DNA from: Dehalococcoidia bacterium
GTDB lineage: Bacteria; Chloroflexota; Dehalococcoidia; UBA6926
Direction: 5' to 3'
Length of the DNA: 64,000 nt
NCBI GenBank assembly: GCA_965205915.1
Contig: OZ242191.1
Span: forward strand, 21,410 to 85,409
A program made the translations under genes and the position numbers. Below, piece by piece: positions 1 to 7,338 of the stretch (positions within the stretch are counted from its first letter, which is position 1; the number at the start of each line of letters is the position of its first letter). The notes under the pieces were generated by a model, which worked only from the letters and a program-made list of their open reading frames with translations, searched no databases and was not told the origin of the DNA.

Positions 1-1371
1 GTCACGGGATAGAGGGCGTAGATGAGGACATCGCCGTCGTTCTTGGCGATCTCCTTTGTGGCCTCACGGGCGGCGTCCATCTCCGGATCAAGGATATCGG
101 CGGGGCGGCCTTTCGTGGGTCGGGTTCCACGCTCGTAGCCCTTGAGGGCGATCTTCTGGACGGCTTTGTCCATGGGCAGGGGCGGCTGGCCGTAGAGGCC
201 GTACGCGTAGTCCTTGACCTGCTGGCTGACCAATTCATATCGGCCAAAGAGGACGTTCTGGACGGCCTGGATACCCACAATCTGGCTTGTCGGTGTGACG
301 AGCGGCGGGTAGCCAAGGTCTTTGCGTGTTTGTGGCAGTTCTTCAAGCACCTCCGGCAGGCGGTCGAGGGCGTCGGCCTCGGCGAGTTGGGAGACGAGGT
401 TTGAGGTCATGCCGCCGGGCACCTGGTGGGTGAGCACGCCGGTGTCGATGATGCTGAACTTCTTTGTGTCGAGCAGGTGCATGTATTTCTCTTGCAGGAT
501 CTGCTCGAGACGGTCGCTGGCCGCGATGAGGCGGTCGAGATCAATGCCGGTGTCGCGGGGCGTGCCCTCGAGGGCGACGACGAGCGGCTCCGTTGCGGGG
601 TGGGCGGTGCGGAAGGCGAGCGGAGAAAGGTCGGTATCGACGATATCGACGCCCGCCTCGATTGCCTTGAGCTGGGTCATCTGGCCGAGGCCGGACGTGT
701 AGTGGGTGTGCAGGTGGATTGGAATTGAGACTGCGTCCTTGAGGGCGCTGATGAGATCGTAGGCGTCATAGGGCGCGAGCAGGGCGGCCATGTCCTTGAC
801 GCAGAGGGAGTGCGCGCCCATCTTCTCGATTTCCTTCGCCTTCTTGACGAAGTAGTCGCGGGTGAAAACGGGGCCGCCCATGTGCCGCTCCGTGACGGAG
901 TAGCAAACGGTTCCCTGGATGTGCTTGCCGCTGGCGGCGATGGCTTCAAAGGCCGTTTCAAAGTTGCGGGTGTCGTTGAGGGCGTCAAATACGCGAAAGA
1001 TGTCGATGCCGACTTCAGCGGCCTCCCGGACAAAGGCATGAACGACATCATCGGGGTAGTTGCGGTAGCCGACGAGGTTCTGGCCGCGCAGCAGCATCAT
1101 AAACGGGGTGCGGGGGGCGGCCGACTTGAGGAGTCGGACGCGCTCCCACGGATCCTCATTTAGGAACCGTGTCATCACATCGAATGTTGCGCCGCCCCAA
1201 ACCTCGAAGGCGTGGAAGCCAACATCGTCCAACATGCGGATGATCTCGAGGATGTCGGGCGTCCTCATGCGCGTGGCGAGGATGGACTGGTGGCCATCGC
1301 GCAGGGTGATGTCCGTGATGCCGACGGGCGAGGCGTTGGCTGCAAAGGGGCTTGCGCCGTTCATTGTCATC
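1..1371 (-). CDS. Carboxyltransferase 5S-type subunit (pyruvate carboxylase subunit B / oxaloacetate decarboxylase alpha-like HMGL TIM-barrel); N-terminus complete, 3' end runs off the window
   Basis: Minus-strand translation from ATG at about 1371 reads MTMNGASPFAANASPVGITDITLRDGHQSILATRM...MGAHSLCVKDMAALLAPYDAYDLISALKDAVSIPIHLHTHYTSGLGQM..., which is the conserved carboxyltransferase core. GGGGAG lies 9 nt upstream of the ATG. It is missing from the ORF track only because it runs off the window edge. Confidence 0.8.
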
Positions 1372-1600
1372 AGGATGTTCTCCCCGGAAAGCCGGACACA
1401 TCGCGCCTGCGGAAGGGCAGGGCTTGCTGAGTCCGATTGGTGGCATAGCGCATGCTCATCTGCATGCGGCGACCGCGAGCGCGCCACGCGTCCGTAGAGG
1501 AGGATGCGAGGTTGCGTATGGGGATTTCGTCCTGTTCATACGCCTCGATAGCCGCGATGATCGCGGCGCGCAGGCTTTCGCTGATGCCGTCTGAAGTCAT
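1370..1600 (-). CDS. Small 76-aa ORF between the two carboxyltransferase genes; possibly a small accessory subunit of the carboxylase complex
   Basis: Track ORF MTSDGISESLRAAIIAAIEAYEQDE... fills the gap between the 12S-type gene and the 5S-type gene on the same strand and abuts the 5S start. No recognisable motif. Confidence 0.3.
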   Translation of the reverse strand: MTSDGISESLRAAIIAAIEAYEQDEIPIRNLASSSTDAWRARGRRMQMSMRYATNRTQQALPFRRRDVSGFPGRTS

Positions 1601-1630
1601 GTTTTTTCTTGGTTCGCTCCGCGCCGGGAC

Positions 1631-3181
1631 CTAGAGAGGGATATTCCCGTGCTTGCGGGGCGGCATTGTGTCTCGTTTATTTCGCAGCATACCAAGGGCG
1701 CGAATGATGAGTTTGCGGGTGTCCGCGGGATCGATCACGTCCTCGATGTAGCCTCGTGAGGCTGCAATATAGGGATTGAGGAATTGTTCTTTGTATTCCT
1801 CGATGGCTCGCTGGCGCTCTTCATCAGGGTTTTCGGCGCTGCGGATGCGGTCACGGAAGATGATGTCCGCCGCGCCCTCAGAGCCCATGACGGCCATCTC
1901 CGCGCCCGGCCACGCGTAGCCGATGTCTCCTCTGAGCATCTGGGAGGACATGACAAGGAATGCGCCGCCGTAGGATTTGCGAGTGACGACGCTGACCTTG
2001 GGAACGGTGGCTTCGGCGTAGGCGTAGAGGAGTTTTGCGCCGTGCGTGATGATGCCGCTGTGCTCCTGCTCAACGCCTGGCAGGTAGCCGGGAACGTCCG
2101 TCAGGGTGACGATGGGGATGTTGAAGGCATCGCAGAATCGGACGAATCGGGCGGCTTTGATGGCGGCGTTGATATCGAGCGTGCCGGCGAGAACCATCGG
2201 TTGCTGGGCGACGATGCCGGTTGAGCGTCCGTTGAATCGGGCGAAACCGACGACGATGTTGGCGGCCCATCGAGCGTGAACCTCAAGGAACTCGCTCGAA
2301 TCGACGAGGCAATGAATAACATCGCGGACATCGTAGGGTTCATTCGGATTCACGGGAACCACCTCGCGCAGTTCAGGGCAGAGGCGGTCGGCGGGATCGT
2401 CCGTGGAGAACTCGGGCGCGTCCTCCTCGTTGTTGGAGGGCATGAAGCTGAGGAGTTCGCGCGCGAGGTCGAGACATTCGTCCTCGCCCTGGGCGGCGAA
2501 GTGGGCGACGCCGCTCTGGGTGGTGTGGGTGGTGGCGCCGCCGAGTTGCTCGTGCGTGACGACCTCACCTGTTACGGCGCGAATGACATCCGGGCCGGTG
2601 ATGTACATCTGACCGACGCCGTCTTCCATGATGATGAAATCGGTGATGGCAGGGCTGTAGACCGCGCCGCCGGCGGAGGGGCCCATGATGAGGCTGATCT
2701 GTGGGACGACGCCGGAGGTGAGGACGTTGCGGACGAAGACGTTGCCGTAACCGGCGAGGCTGTCCACGCCCTCCTGGATGCGCGCGCCGCCTGAGTCCAT
2801 GATGCCGATGATTGGCGCGCCGGTCTTCATGGCCATGTCCTGGACCTTGTTGATTTTGCGGGCGGCGGTGAGGGAGAGGGTGCCGCCGAGCACGGTGAAA
2901 TCAAAGGCGTAGATGAAGACGGTTCGGCCATCGATTGTGCCGTAGCCCGTCACGACGGAATCGCCGGGGACCTTGCGGTCGGCGAGGCCAAACTCAAGGA
3001 CGTTGTGGGCGGTGAGGGCGTCCAGTTCGACGAAAGAGTCGGGGTCATATAGGCGTTCGACACGCTCATGCGCGGTTAATTTTCCGCGCGCGTGCTGACG
3101 CTCCACGGCTGCGGCACCGCCACCGGCACGCGAGGCCTCGTGGCGCTTGGCAAGCTCATCGAGCTTTTGGTCCATGCTCAT
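1631..3181 (-). CDS. pccB: Acyl-CoA carboxylase carboxyltransferase beta subunit (propionyl-CoA carboxylase beta / methylmalonyl-CoA carboxyltransferase 12S type)
   Basis: 516 aa and colinear with PccB/AccD5 family: ...TGYGTIDGRTVFIYAFDFTVLGGTLS...IMGPSAGGAVYSPAITDFIIM...TRKSYGGAFLVMSS... Confidence 0.9.
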   Translation of the reverse strand: MSMDQKLDELAKRHEASRAGGGAAAVERQHARGKLTAHERVERLYDPDSFVELDALTAHNVLEFGLADRKVPGDSVVTGYGTIDGRTVFIYAFDFTVLGGTLSLTAARKINKVQDMAMKTGAPIIGIMDSGGARIQEGVDSLAGYGNVFVRNVLTSGVVPQISLIMGPSAGGAVYSPAITDFIIMEDGVGQMYITGPDVIRAVTGEVVTHEQLGGATTHTTQSGVAHFAAQGEDECLDLARELLSFMPSNNEEDAPEFSTDDPADRLCPELREVVPVNPNEPYDVRDVIHCLVDSSEFLEVHARWAANIVVGFARFNGRSTGIVAQQPMVLAGTLDINAAIKAARFVRFCDAFNIPIVTLTDVPGYLPGVEQEHSGIITHGAKLLYAYAEATVPKVSVVTRKSYGGAFLVMSSQMLRGDIGYAWPGAEMAVMGSEGAADIIFRDRIRSAENPDEERQRAIEEYKEQFLNPYIAASRGYIEDVIDPADTRKLIIRALGMLRNKRDTMPPRKHGNIPL

Positions 3182-3295
3182 GGGCTGGTTCAGTCTACCC
3201 CCGAAATGCGCTATTCAACGTGGGGTTATGCTAGCAGAGCTACCCGTTAGATACAATGTTGGGCGGCTTGGGATGGGGGCGTTTGGGGGGTTGGT

Positions 3296-3524
3296 TGGGA
3301 GTGGGGGGCGTTGGATTCCTCGCTGCGCTCGGAATGACAGAGTGGGGCGTGGGAATGACGGAGTGGGGCGTGGGAATGACATGGGGATTGTGATGGGTTG
3401 GCGTTACGGGGTTTGGTTGGGGGAATGTGGGTTTAGATTCCCGCGTTCGCGGGAATGACGGGGTTGGAGGCGGGAATGACGGGGGTGGAGGAAGGGAATG
3501 ACGGAGTGGGGGTTGGTTGGCGGA
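3296..3524. repeat. Intergenic hairpin-repeat cluster (GGAATGAC family) in the pccB/folP divergent region
   Basis: ggattcctcgctgcgctcggaatgacagagtggggcgtgggaatgacggagtggggcgtgggaatgac ... gattcccgcgttcgcgggaatgacggggttggaggcgggaatgacgggggtggaggaagggaatgacgg: a hairpin plus tandem roughly 20-bp units. Confidence 0.85.
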
Positions 3525-3530
3525 GGGGGC

Positions 3531-3552
3531 GGGGCGCGTCGCGACGCGCCCC
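3531..3552. promoter_or_regulatory. Perfect 22-bp palindrome GGGGCGCGTCGCGACGCGCCCC in the divergent pccB/folP intergenic region (candidate operator or hairpin)
   Basis: The sequence equals its own reverse complement and sits about 70-90 nt upstream of the candidate folP start (3592/3622), between two divergently oriented genes. Confidence 0.35.
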
Positions 3553-3621
3553 TACAGGTTAGGTTGCAATTGGGGGTGTGGGAGTTGATGGGTGTTTGAG
3601 TGGGGGCGGCGGACTTATTTG

Positions 3622-4503
3622 ATGGGGATTGTGAACGTTTCGCCTGAGTCGTTTTCGGGGGACGGCTTGGGGGACGTGGATGCTGCTGTCGCGCAGGCGC
3701 TGCGGTTCGTGGAGGAGGGGGCGGACATCCTTGATGTTGGGGGGCAATCGACGCGGCCCCGGTATTCGGCGGCGGTTGAGGTTGGTAGGGCCGCCGCCTT
3801 CGCGGGGGATTCGGGTGGGGCGCGGGGGGATTCGGGTGGGGCCCCCGCCTTCGCGGGGGTGAGGGACAAAGGGTATGACGAGTTGTCCGTTGAGGAGGAG
3901 ATTGGGCGGGTTGTGCCTGTTATCCGGGCCATTAGGGGAAAGACTGACACTCCGATCAGCGTCGATACGTATAAGGCGGGGGTGGCTGAGGCGGCCATAG
4001 AGGCGGGGGCTTCGATTGTCAACGATGTGTGGGGGCTGAAGCGGGATGTAGCGCTGGCGGGGGTGGCGGCTTCGCATGGCACACCGCTTATTTTGATGCA
4101 CAACCAGGAGGGCACGCGGTATACGCGGCTGATTCCGGATGTCGTTGCGAGCTTGCGGCGGAGCGTGGCGATGGCGGTGGCGGCGGGGGTGGCGCGGGAG
4201 CGGATTATCGTCGACCCGGGATTTGGGTTCGGGAAGACTGTCGGTCATAACCTCGAGGTGTTGCGTCGGCTTGGCGAGATCAAGGCGGCGCTGGGGTTGC
4301 CGTTGCTTTTGGGGACGAGTCGGAAGTCGACTATTGGGCGGGTGTTGGATTTACCTGTTGATGATCGTGTCGAGGGAACGGCGGCGACGGTGGCGCTGGG
4401 GATCGCGCAGGGGGCGGACATCGTGCGGATACATGACGTGAGAGAGATGGCGCGGGTTGTGAGGATGACGGACGCGGTGGCGCGCGGCGGGTGGAATGGC
4501 TGA
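3622..4503 (+). CDS. folP: Dihydropteroate synthase, carrying an in-frame insertion of about 30 aa encoded by a repeat element
   Basis: MGIVNVSPESFSGDG...ADILDVGGQSTRP...SVEEEIGRVVPVIRAI...DTYKAGVAEAAIEAGASIVNDVWG...DPGFGFGKT. The track ORF starts 30 nt earlier at 3592. Canonical DHPS N-terminus is MGIxNVTPDSF. Confidence 0.88.
   Translation: MGIVNVSPESFSGDGLGDVDAAVAQALRFVEEGADILDVGGQSTRPRYSAAVEVGRAAAFAGDSGGARGDSGGAPAFAGVRDKGYDELSVEEEIGRVVPVIRAIRGKTDTPISVDTYKAGVAEAAIEAGASIVNDVWGLKRDVALAGVAASHGTPLILMHNQEGTRYTRLIPDVVASLRRSVAMAVAAGVARERIIVDPGFGFGKTVGHNLEVLRRLGEIKAALGLPLLLGTSRKSTIGRVLDLPVDDRVEGTAATVALGIAQGADIVRIHDVREMARVVRMTDAVARGGWNG
3783..3873. repeat. Intragenic copy of the hairpin-repeat family inside folP, retained in frame
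   Basis: gccgccttcgcgggggattcgggtggggcgcggggggattcgggtggggcccccgccttcgcgggggtgag has the same architecture as the intergenic copies at 42816-42900 (ccccgccttcgcgggggattcggg...). It encodes AAVEVGRAAAFAGDSGGARGDSGGAPAFAGVRDKGYDE between the conserved STRP and SVEEE motifs. Confidence 0.7.
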
Positions 4504-5029
4504 CCTCGCCACTGCTTACCTGGGGCTTGGCGCGAATCTTGGCGATCGGGAGCGGGCGCTTAGGGATGCGGTCGCGGAGCTAGGCCGAGATATGAACGTG
4601 GTTGCCGCGTCCTCTTTGTATGAGACGGCGCCGGTGGGGTATTTGGATCAGCCGGCATTCCTTAATGCGTGCGTGGTGGCGCAGACGGAGTTGGGGCCGG
4701 AGGAGCTTCTGGATTTCGTGAAGGGGATAGAGGAACGGGCGGGGCGGGTGGCTAGTTTTCAGAATGCGCCGCGGGTGTTGGACATCGATATCTTGCTGTA
4801 TGTGGATGCGGGCGGGGAGCATGTGGTGATGCAGTCGGAGCGGCTGGAGATTCCGCATCCTCGGATGCATGAGCGGGGGTTTGTGCTGGTTCCGCTTGGG
4901 GAGGTTGCGGGGGGTGTTTTGCATCCGGTGTTGGGGCGGACGGTTGGGGAGTTGAGGGATGAGGTGGGGGATGCTGGGGTCAGCCGCGTTCGCTCAAAAA
5001 CAGATTGGACCAGCGACCAAACACGTTGA
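4496..5029 (+). CDS. folK: 2-amino-4-hydroxy-6-hydroxymethyldihydropteridine pyrophosphokinase (HPPK)
   Basis: MADLATAYLGLGANLGDR...PRVLDIDILLY...EIPHPRMHERGFVLVPL. The start overlaps the folP stop (ATGGCTGA). Confidence 0.85.
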   Translation: MADLATAYLGLGANLGDRERALRDAVAELGRDMNVVAASSLYETAPVGYLDQPAFLNACVVAQTELGPEELLDFVKGIEERAGRVASFQNAPRVLDIDILLYVDAGGEHVVMQSERLEIPHPRMHERGFVLVPLGEVAGGVLHPVLGRTVGELRDEVGDAGVSRVRSKTDWTSDQTR

Positions 5030-5711
5030 TTGCTGCCTCTCTCAGGGCTTCTGCTCGCGCAGGTGTCTCATCCAAAAGAGCGGAAGGTTCGAGGTTGGCG
5101 CGTCGGAGGTCTTCGGGGAATTGGGTTGCCATTTCTTTGATTTGAGCTTCTGTCATTTCCAGGTGGAAGAGTAGGGCGTAGACGTTTTGGTTGTAGGAGA
5201 AGCCTTGTGTTGCAGTCATTTCTGAGGAACCAATGGGGGTTGCGCCTTTGGGTAGATCGTAGATGTCGCCGTGCCAGTGTAGGGGTGTGAAGGTTTCGGG
5301 TAGGGCGGAGAGGACGGGGTTGTTGGCGGCGTGCTCGGAGCGTTTGACGGGTTTCCAGCCTAATTCGGGGGCGGGGCCGGGGTGGACTTCTGAGCCGAGA
5401 ACGTCGGCGATTACCTGGCTGCCGAGGCAGACGCCGAGCAGGGGAATGTTGTTGTCGATGGCCTGTCGGGCGAGTTGTTTTTCGGCGCGTAGGTAGGGGT
5501 ATTTGTGCTCTTCGTAGACGGACTGGGGGCCGCCCATGATGATGAGGCCGGCGTAGTTTTCCAGCGTGGTGGGAGTGGTTTGAGCGAGGTCGGTGCGGAT
5601 GGTTTCGACCTGCGCGCCAGCGTGTCTCAGCGCTTCAAGGATTAGGCCGGGGTGTTCGGGATCGGCGTGTTGGAGGACGAGGACGCGGGGGGCGGGGTTG
5701 GTGTCGGTCAT
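4980..5711 (-). CDS. Class I glutamine amidotransferase-like protein
   Basis: MTDTNPAPRVLVLQHADPEHPGLILEAL...GLIIMGGPQSVYEE...IPLLGVCLGSQV (GATase1 Cys-containing motif). Start chosen at the internal Met of the track ORF. Confidence 0.7.
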   Translation of the reverse strand: MTDTNPAPRVLVLQHADPEHPGLILEALRHAGAQVETIRTDLAQTTPTTLENYAGLIIMGGPQSVYEEHKYPYLRAEKQLARQAIDNNIPLLGVCLGSQVIADVLGSEVHPGPAPELGWKPVKRSEHAANNPVLSALPETFTPLHWHGDIYDLPKGATPIGSSEMTATQGFSYNQNVYALLFHLEMTEAQIKEMATQFPEDLRRANLEPSALLDETPARAEALREAAINVFGRWSNLFLSERG

Positions 5712-5727
5712 AGAGTGGGCCTTTGCG

Positions 5728-6162
5728 TCAGATGGAATGTTCCCATTCGTCAAGGCGGACGGGGTCCAGTCTTTCGATACCATCTATCCGATCAAAGTCG
5801 GTGTCGGCAGAGATGATGTGGGTTATGCCAAGCCGTTGCATGACGGCTGTGTGGATGAGGTCGCGGGCGTCTATGCGCGGATAGCGTTCGACCATTTGTC
5901 CCGCGAGAATGACGTCATCCGCGTAGACGGGTTCAATGCGGCCTTGCATTGTCTCGGCGAATTGATTCAGTGCCACCCGGCCTTCCGGCCAACGACGCGC
6001 GGCGACGTAATAGTGAATGATCTCCTGCAGGGCCTCGGAATCCGTGAAGAAGGCGCTTCGATCAGCCGTCACCATGTTGAGGATGCGCAGGCATGGCTGT
6101 CTGTATCGATGCTCCCGGCCGACCGCATAGATCGGTATGTTGGTATCAATAAAGAGGGCCAA
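5728..6162 (-). CDS. vapC: PIN-domain toxin (VapC family)
   Basis: MALFIDTNIPIYAVGREH...DARDLIHTAVMQRLGITHIISADTDFDRI. It is paired with an overlapping upstream small RHH ORF. Confidence 0.8.
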   Translation of the reverse strand: MALFIDTNIPIYAVGREHRYRQPCLRILNMVTADRSAFFTDSEALQEIIHYYVAARRWPEGRVALNQFAETMQGRIEPVYADDVILAGQMVERYPRIDARDLIHTAVMQRLGITHIISADTDFDRIDGIERLDPVRLDEWEHSI

Positions 6163-6397
6163 TGTTACCGGACTGCCTGATTATTCTGCGGATGTCTTGC
6201 GGGTCTTCGGGGACGGGAAGGCTCAGGGACTTCATTATTTCAACGGCTCGCCGACGCCTTGCGCGGTCGATTTCTTCGTAGGCGTCATCAATGAGTTGGC
6301 GGACTACTTCGGAGATTGGGGCGCCCTTTTCGCGCGCCAGTTCTTCCAAGCGCGAGCGACGCTCGGGGTCGAGTCGGACTTCCAACCTGTGAGCCAT
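6146..6397 (-). CDS. vapB: Ribbon-helix-helix antitoxin (VapB/CopG-like)
   Basis: 83 aa, MAHRLEVRLDPERRSRLEELAREKGAPISEVVRQLIDDAYEE. Its stop overlaps the vapC start. Confidence 0.7.
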   Translation of the reverse strand: MAHRLEVRLDPERRSRLEELAREKGAPISEVVRQLIDDAYEEIDRARRRRAVEIMKSLSLPVPEDPQDIRRIIRQSGNIGPLY

Positions 6398-6514
6398 TTC
6401 TGCTCCTCTGTACGGTTGTTACTGTACGGCTATTGTCTGCCGTACATGGAGTGGAGTCAATGGGGGGAGGGGGAGTGTTGGATGGCGGTAAGAGGTTTGG
6501 TTGGGGGATGGAGG

Positions 6515-6590
6515 TTAAGATTCCCGCGTTCGCGGGAATGACGGAGTGGGGGAGCGGGAATGACGGAGTGGGGGGCGGTTCGCGTTGTGG
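6515..6590. repeat. Hairpin repeat plus two tandem units
   Basis: gattcccgcgttcgcgggaatgacggagtgggggagcgggaatgacggagtgggggg. Confidence 0.85.
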
Positions 6591-6612
6591 CGTGGTGGGG
6601 GGTTCTTGTAGA

Positions 6613-7338
6613 ATGCAGAGGCTTGTCAGATTCATCATGAAGCTGGACCTTCACGTTCATACTAATTTCGGTTCTTCCGATAGTGGCCTATCGCCGCAGG
6701 AGCTTGTGGTGGCCGCGAAGGCGGTCGGGCTTGATGGCGTCTGCGTCACGGAGCATGGCACCGTCTGGGATAACTACCAGCTCGAGCGATTCTCTGCGGA
6801 ACATGATTTCCTCGTGATACCGGGGATGGAGGTCGCGACGGATCTTGGCCACATCACATGCTTTGGGCTGCCAGGGTACGCGGCCGGCATCCACCGCGCT
6901 GAGATCCTGCGGCGGGTCATCATGGCGTCGGACGGGATCATGGTCGCCGCGCACCCGTTTCGGCGCATGTTCGATGACCCCCGCATCAGCGGCTGGCAAA
7001 AACAGTATTCCCTGGAGGAGGCGGTCGAGTTGCCGATCTTCAAGCTGACGGACGAGATGGAGGTCGTGAACGGGGCGAATAACGCGCCGGAGAACCTGTT
7101 TGCGCTACAGGTGGCACGGGCGCTTGGGCGTAGGGGAGTCGGAGGCGGGGACGCGCATTCGACATCCGGCATAGGCTCCGGCGCGATTGTCACTGAGCGT
7201 CGAATCTCTACTGTGGAGGAGTTTATCGAGGAGATACGCGAGGGCCGCTATTACCCGACCGGCTCGATAATCCAGGGGAGCGACAGGTCGTATTGGGATG
7301 AGCGTGCAGATGATCTTGCCGCGGCAGGCGCGCGATGA
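6613..7338 (+). CDS. PHP-domain metal-dependent phosphoesterase
   Basis: MQRLVRFIMKLDLHVHTNFGSSDSGLSPQELVVAAKAVGLDGVCVTEHGT...AAHPFR. The track ORF extends upstream through the repeat; an alternative start is 6637 (MKLDLHVH). Confidence 0.7.
   Translation: MQRLVRFIMKLDLHVHTNFGSSDSGLSPQELVVAAKAVGLDGVCVTEHGTVWDNYQLERFSAEHDFLVIPGMEVATDLGHITCFGLPGYAAGIHRAEILRRVIMASDGIMVAAHPFRRMFDDPRISGWQKQYSLEEAVELPIFKLTDEMEVVNGANNAPENLFALQVARALGRRGVGGGDAHSTSGIGSGAIVTERRISTVEEFIEEIREGRYYPTGSIIQGSDRSYWDERADDLAAAGAR

Noticed and set aside
3147-3458. Track ORFs translating to ..[11 protein letters not shown].. / ..RFPRSRE.. at many sites (3147..3458, 6316..6600, 18335..18658, 32334..32585, 31119..31442 and others)
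   Set aside because: These are translations of the hairpin and tandem repeats in different frames. The amino-acid conservation simply mirrors nucleotide repeat identity, so they are not genes.
3559-4248. Long antisense ORFs overlapping folP (3559..4248 -, 3615..4115 -) and similar antisense ORFs inside dinG, the CoA-transferase, ilvD and others
   Set aside because: Typical high-GC antisense open frames. The sense-strand genes have clear conserved-family signatures and these ORFs have none.
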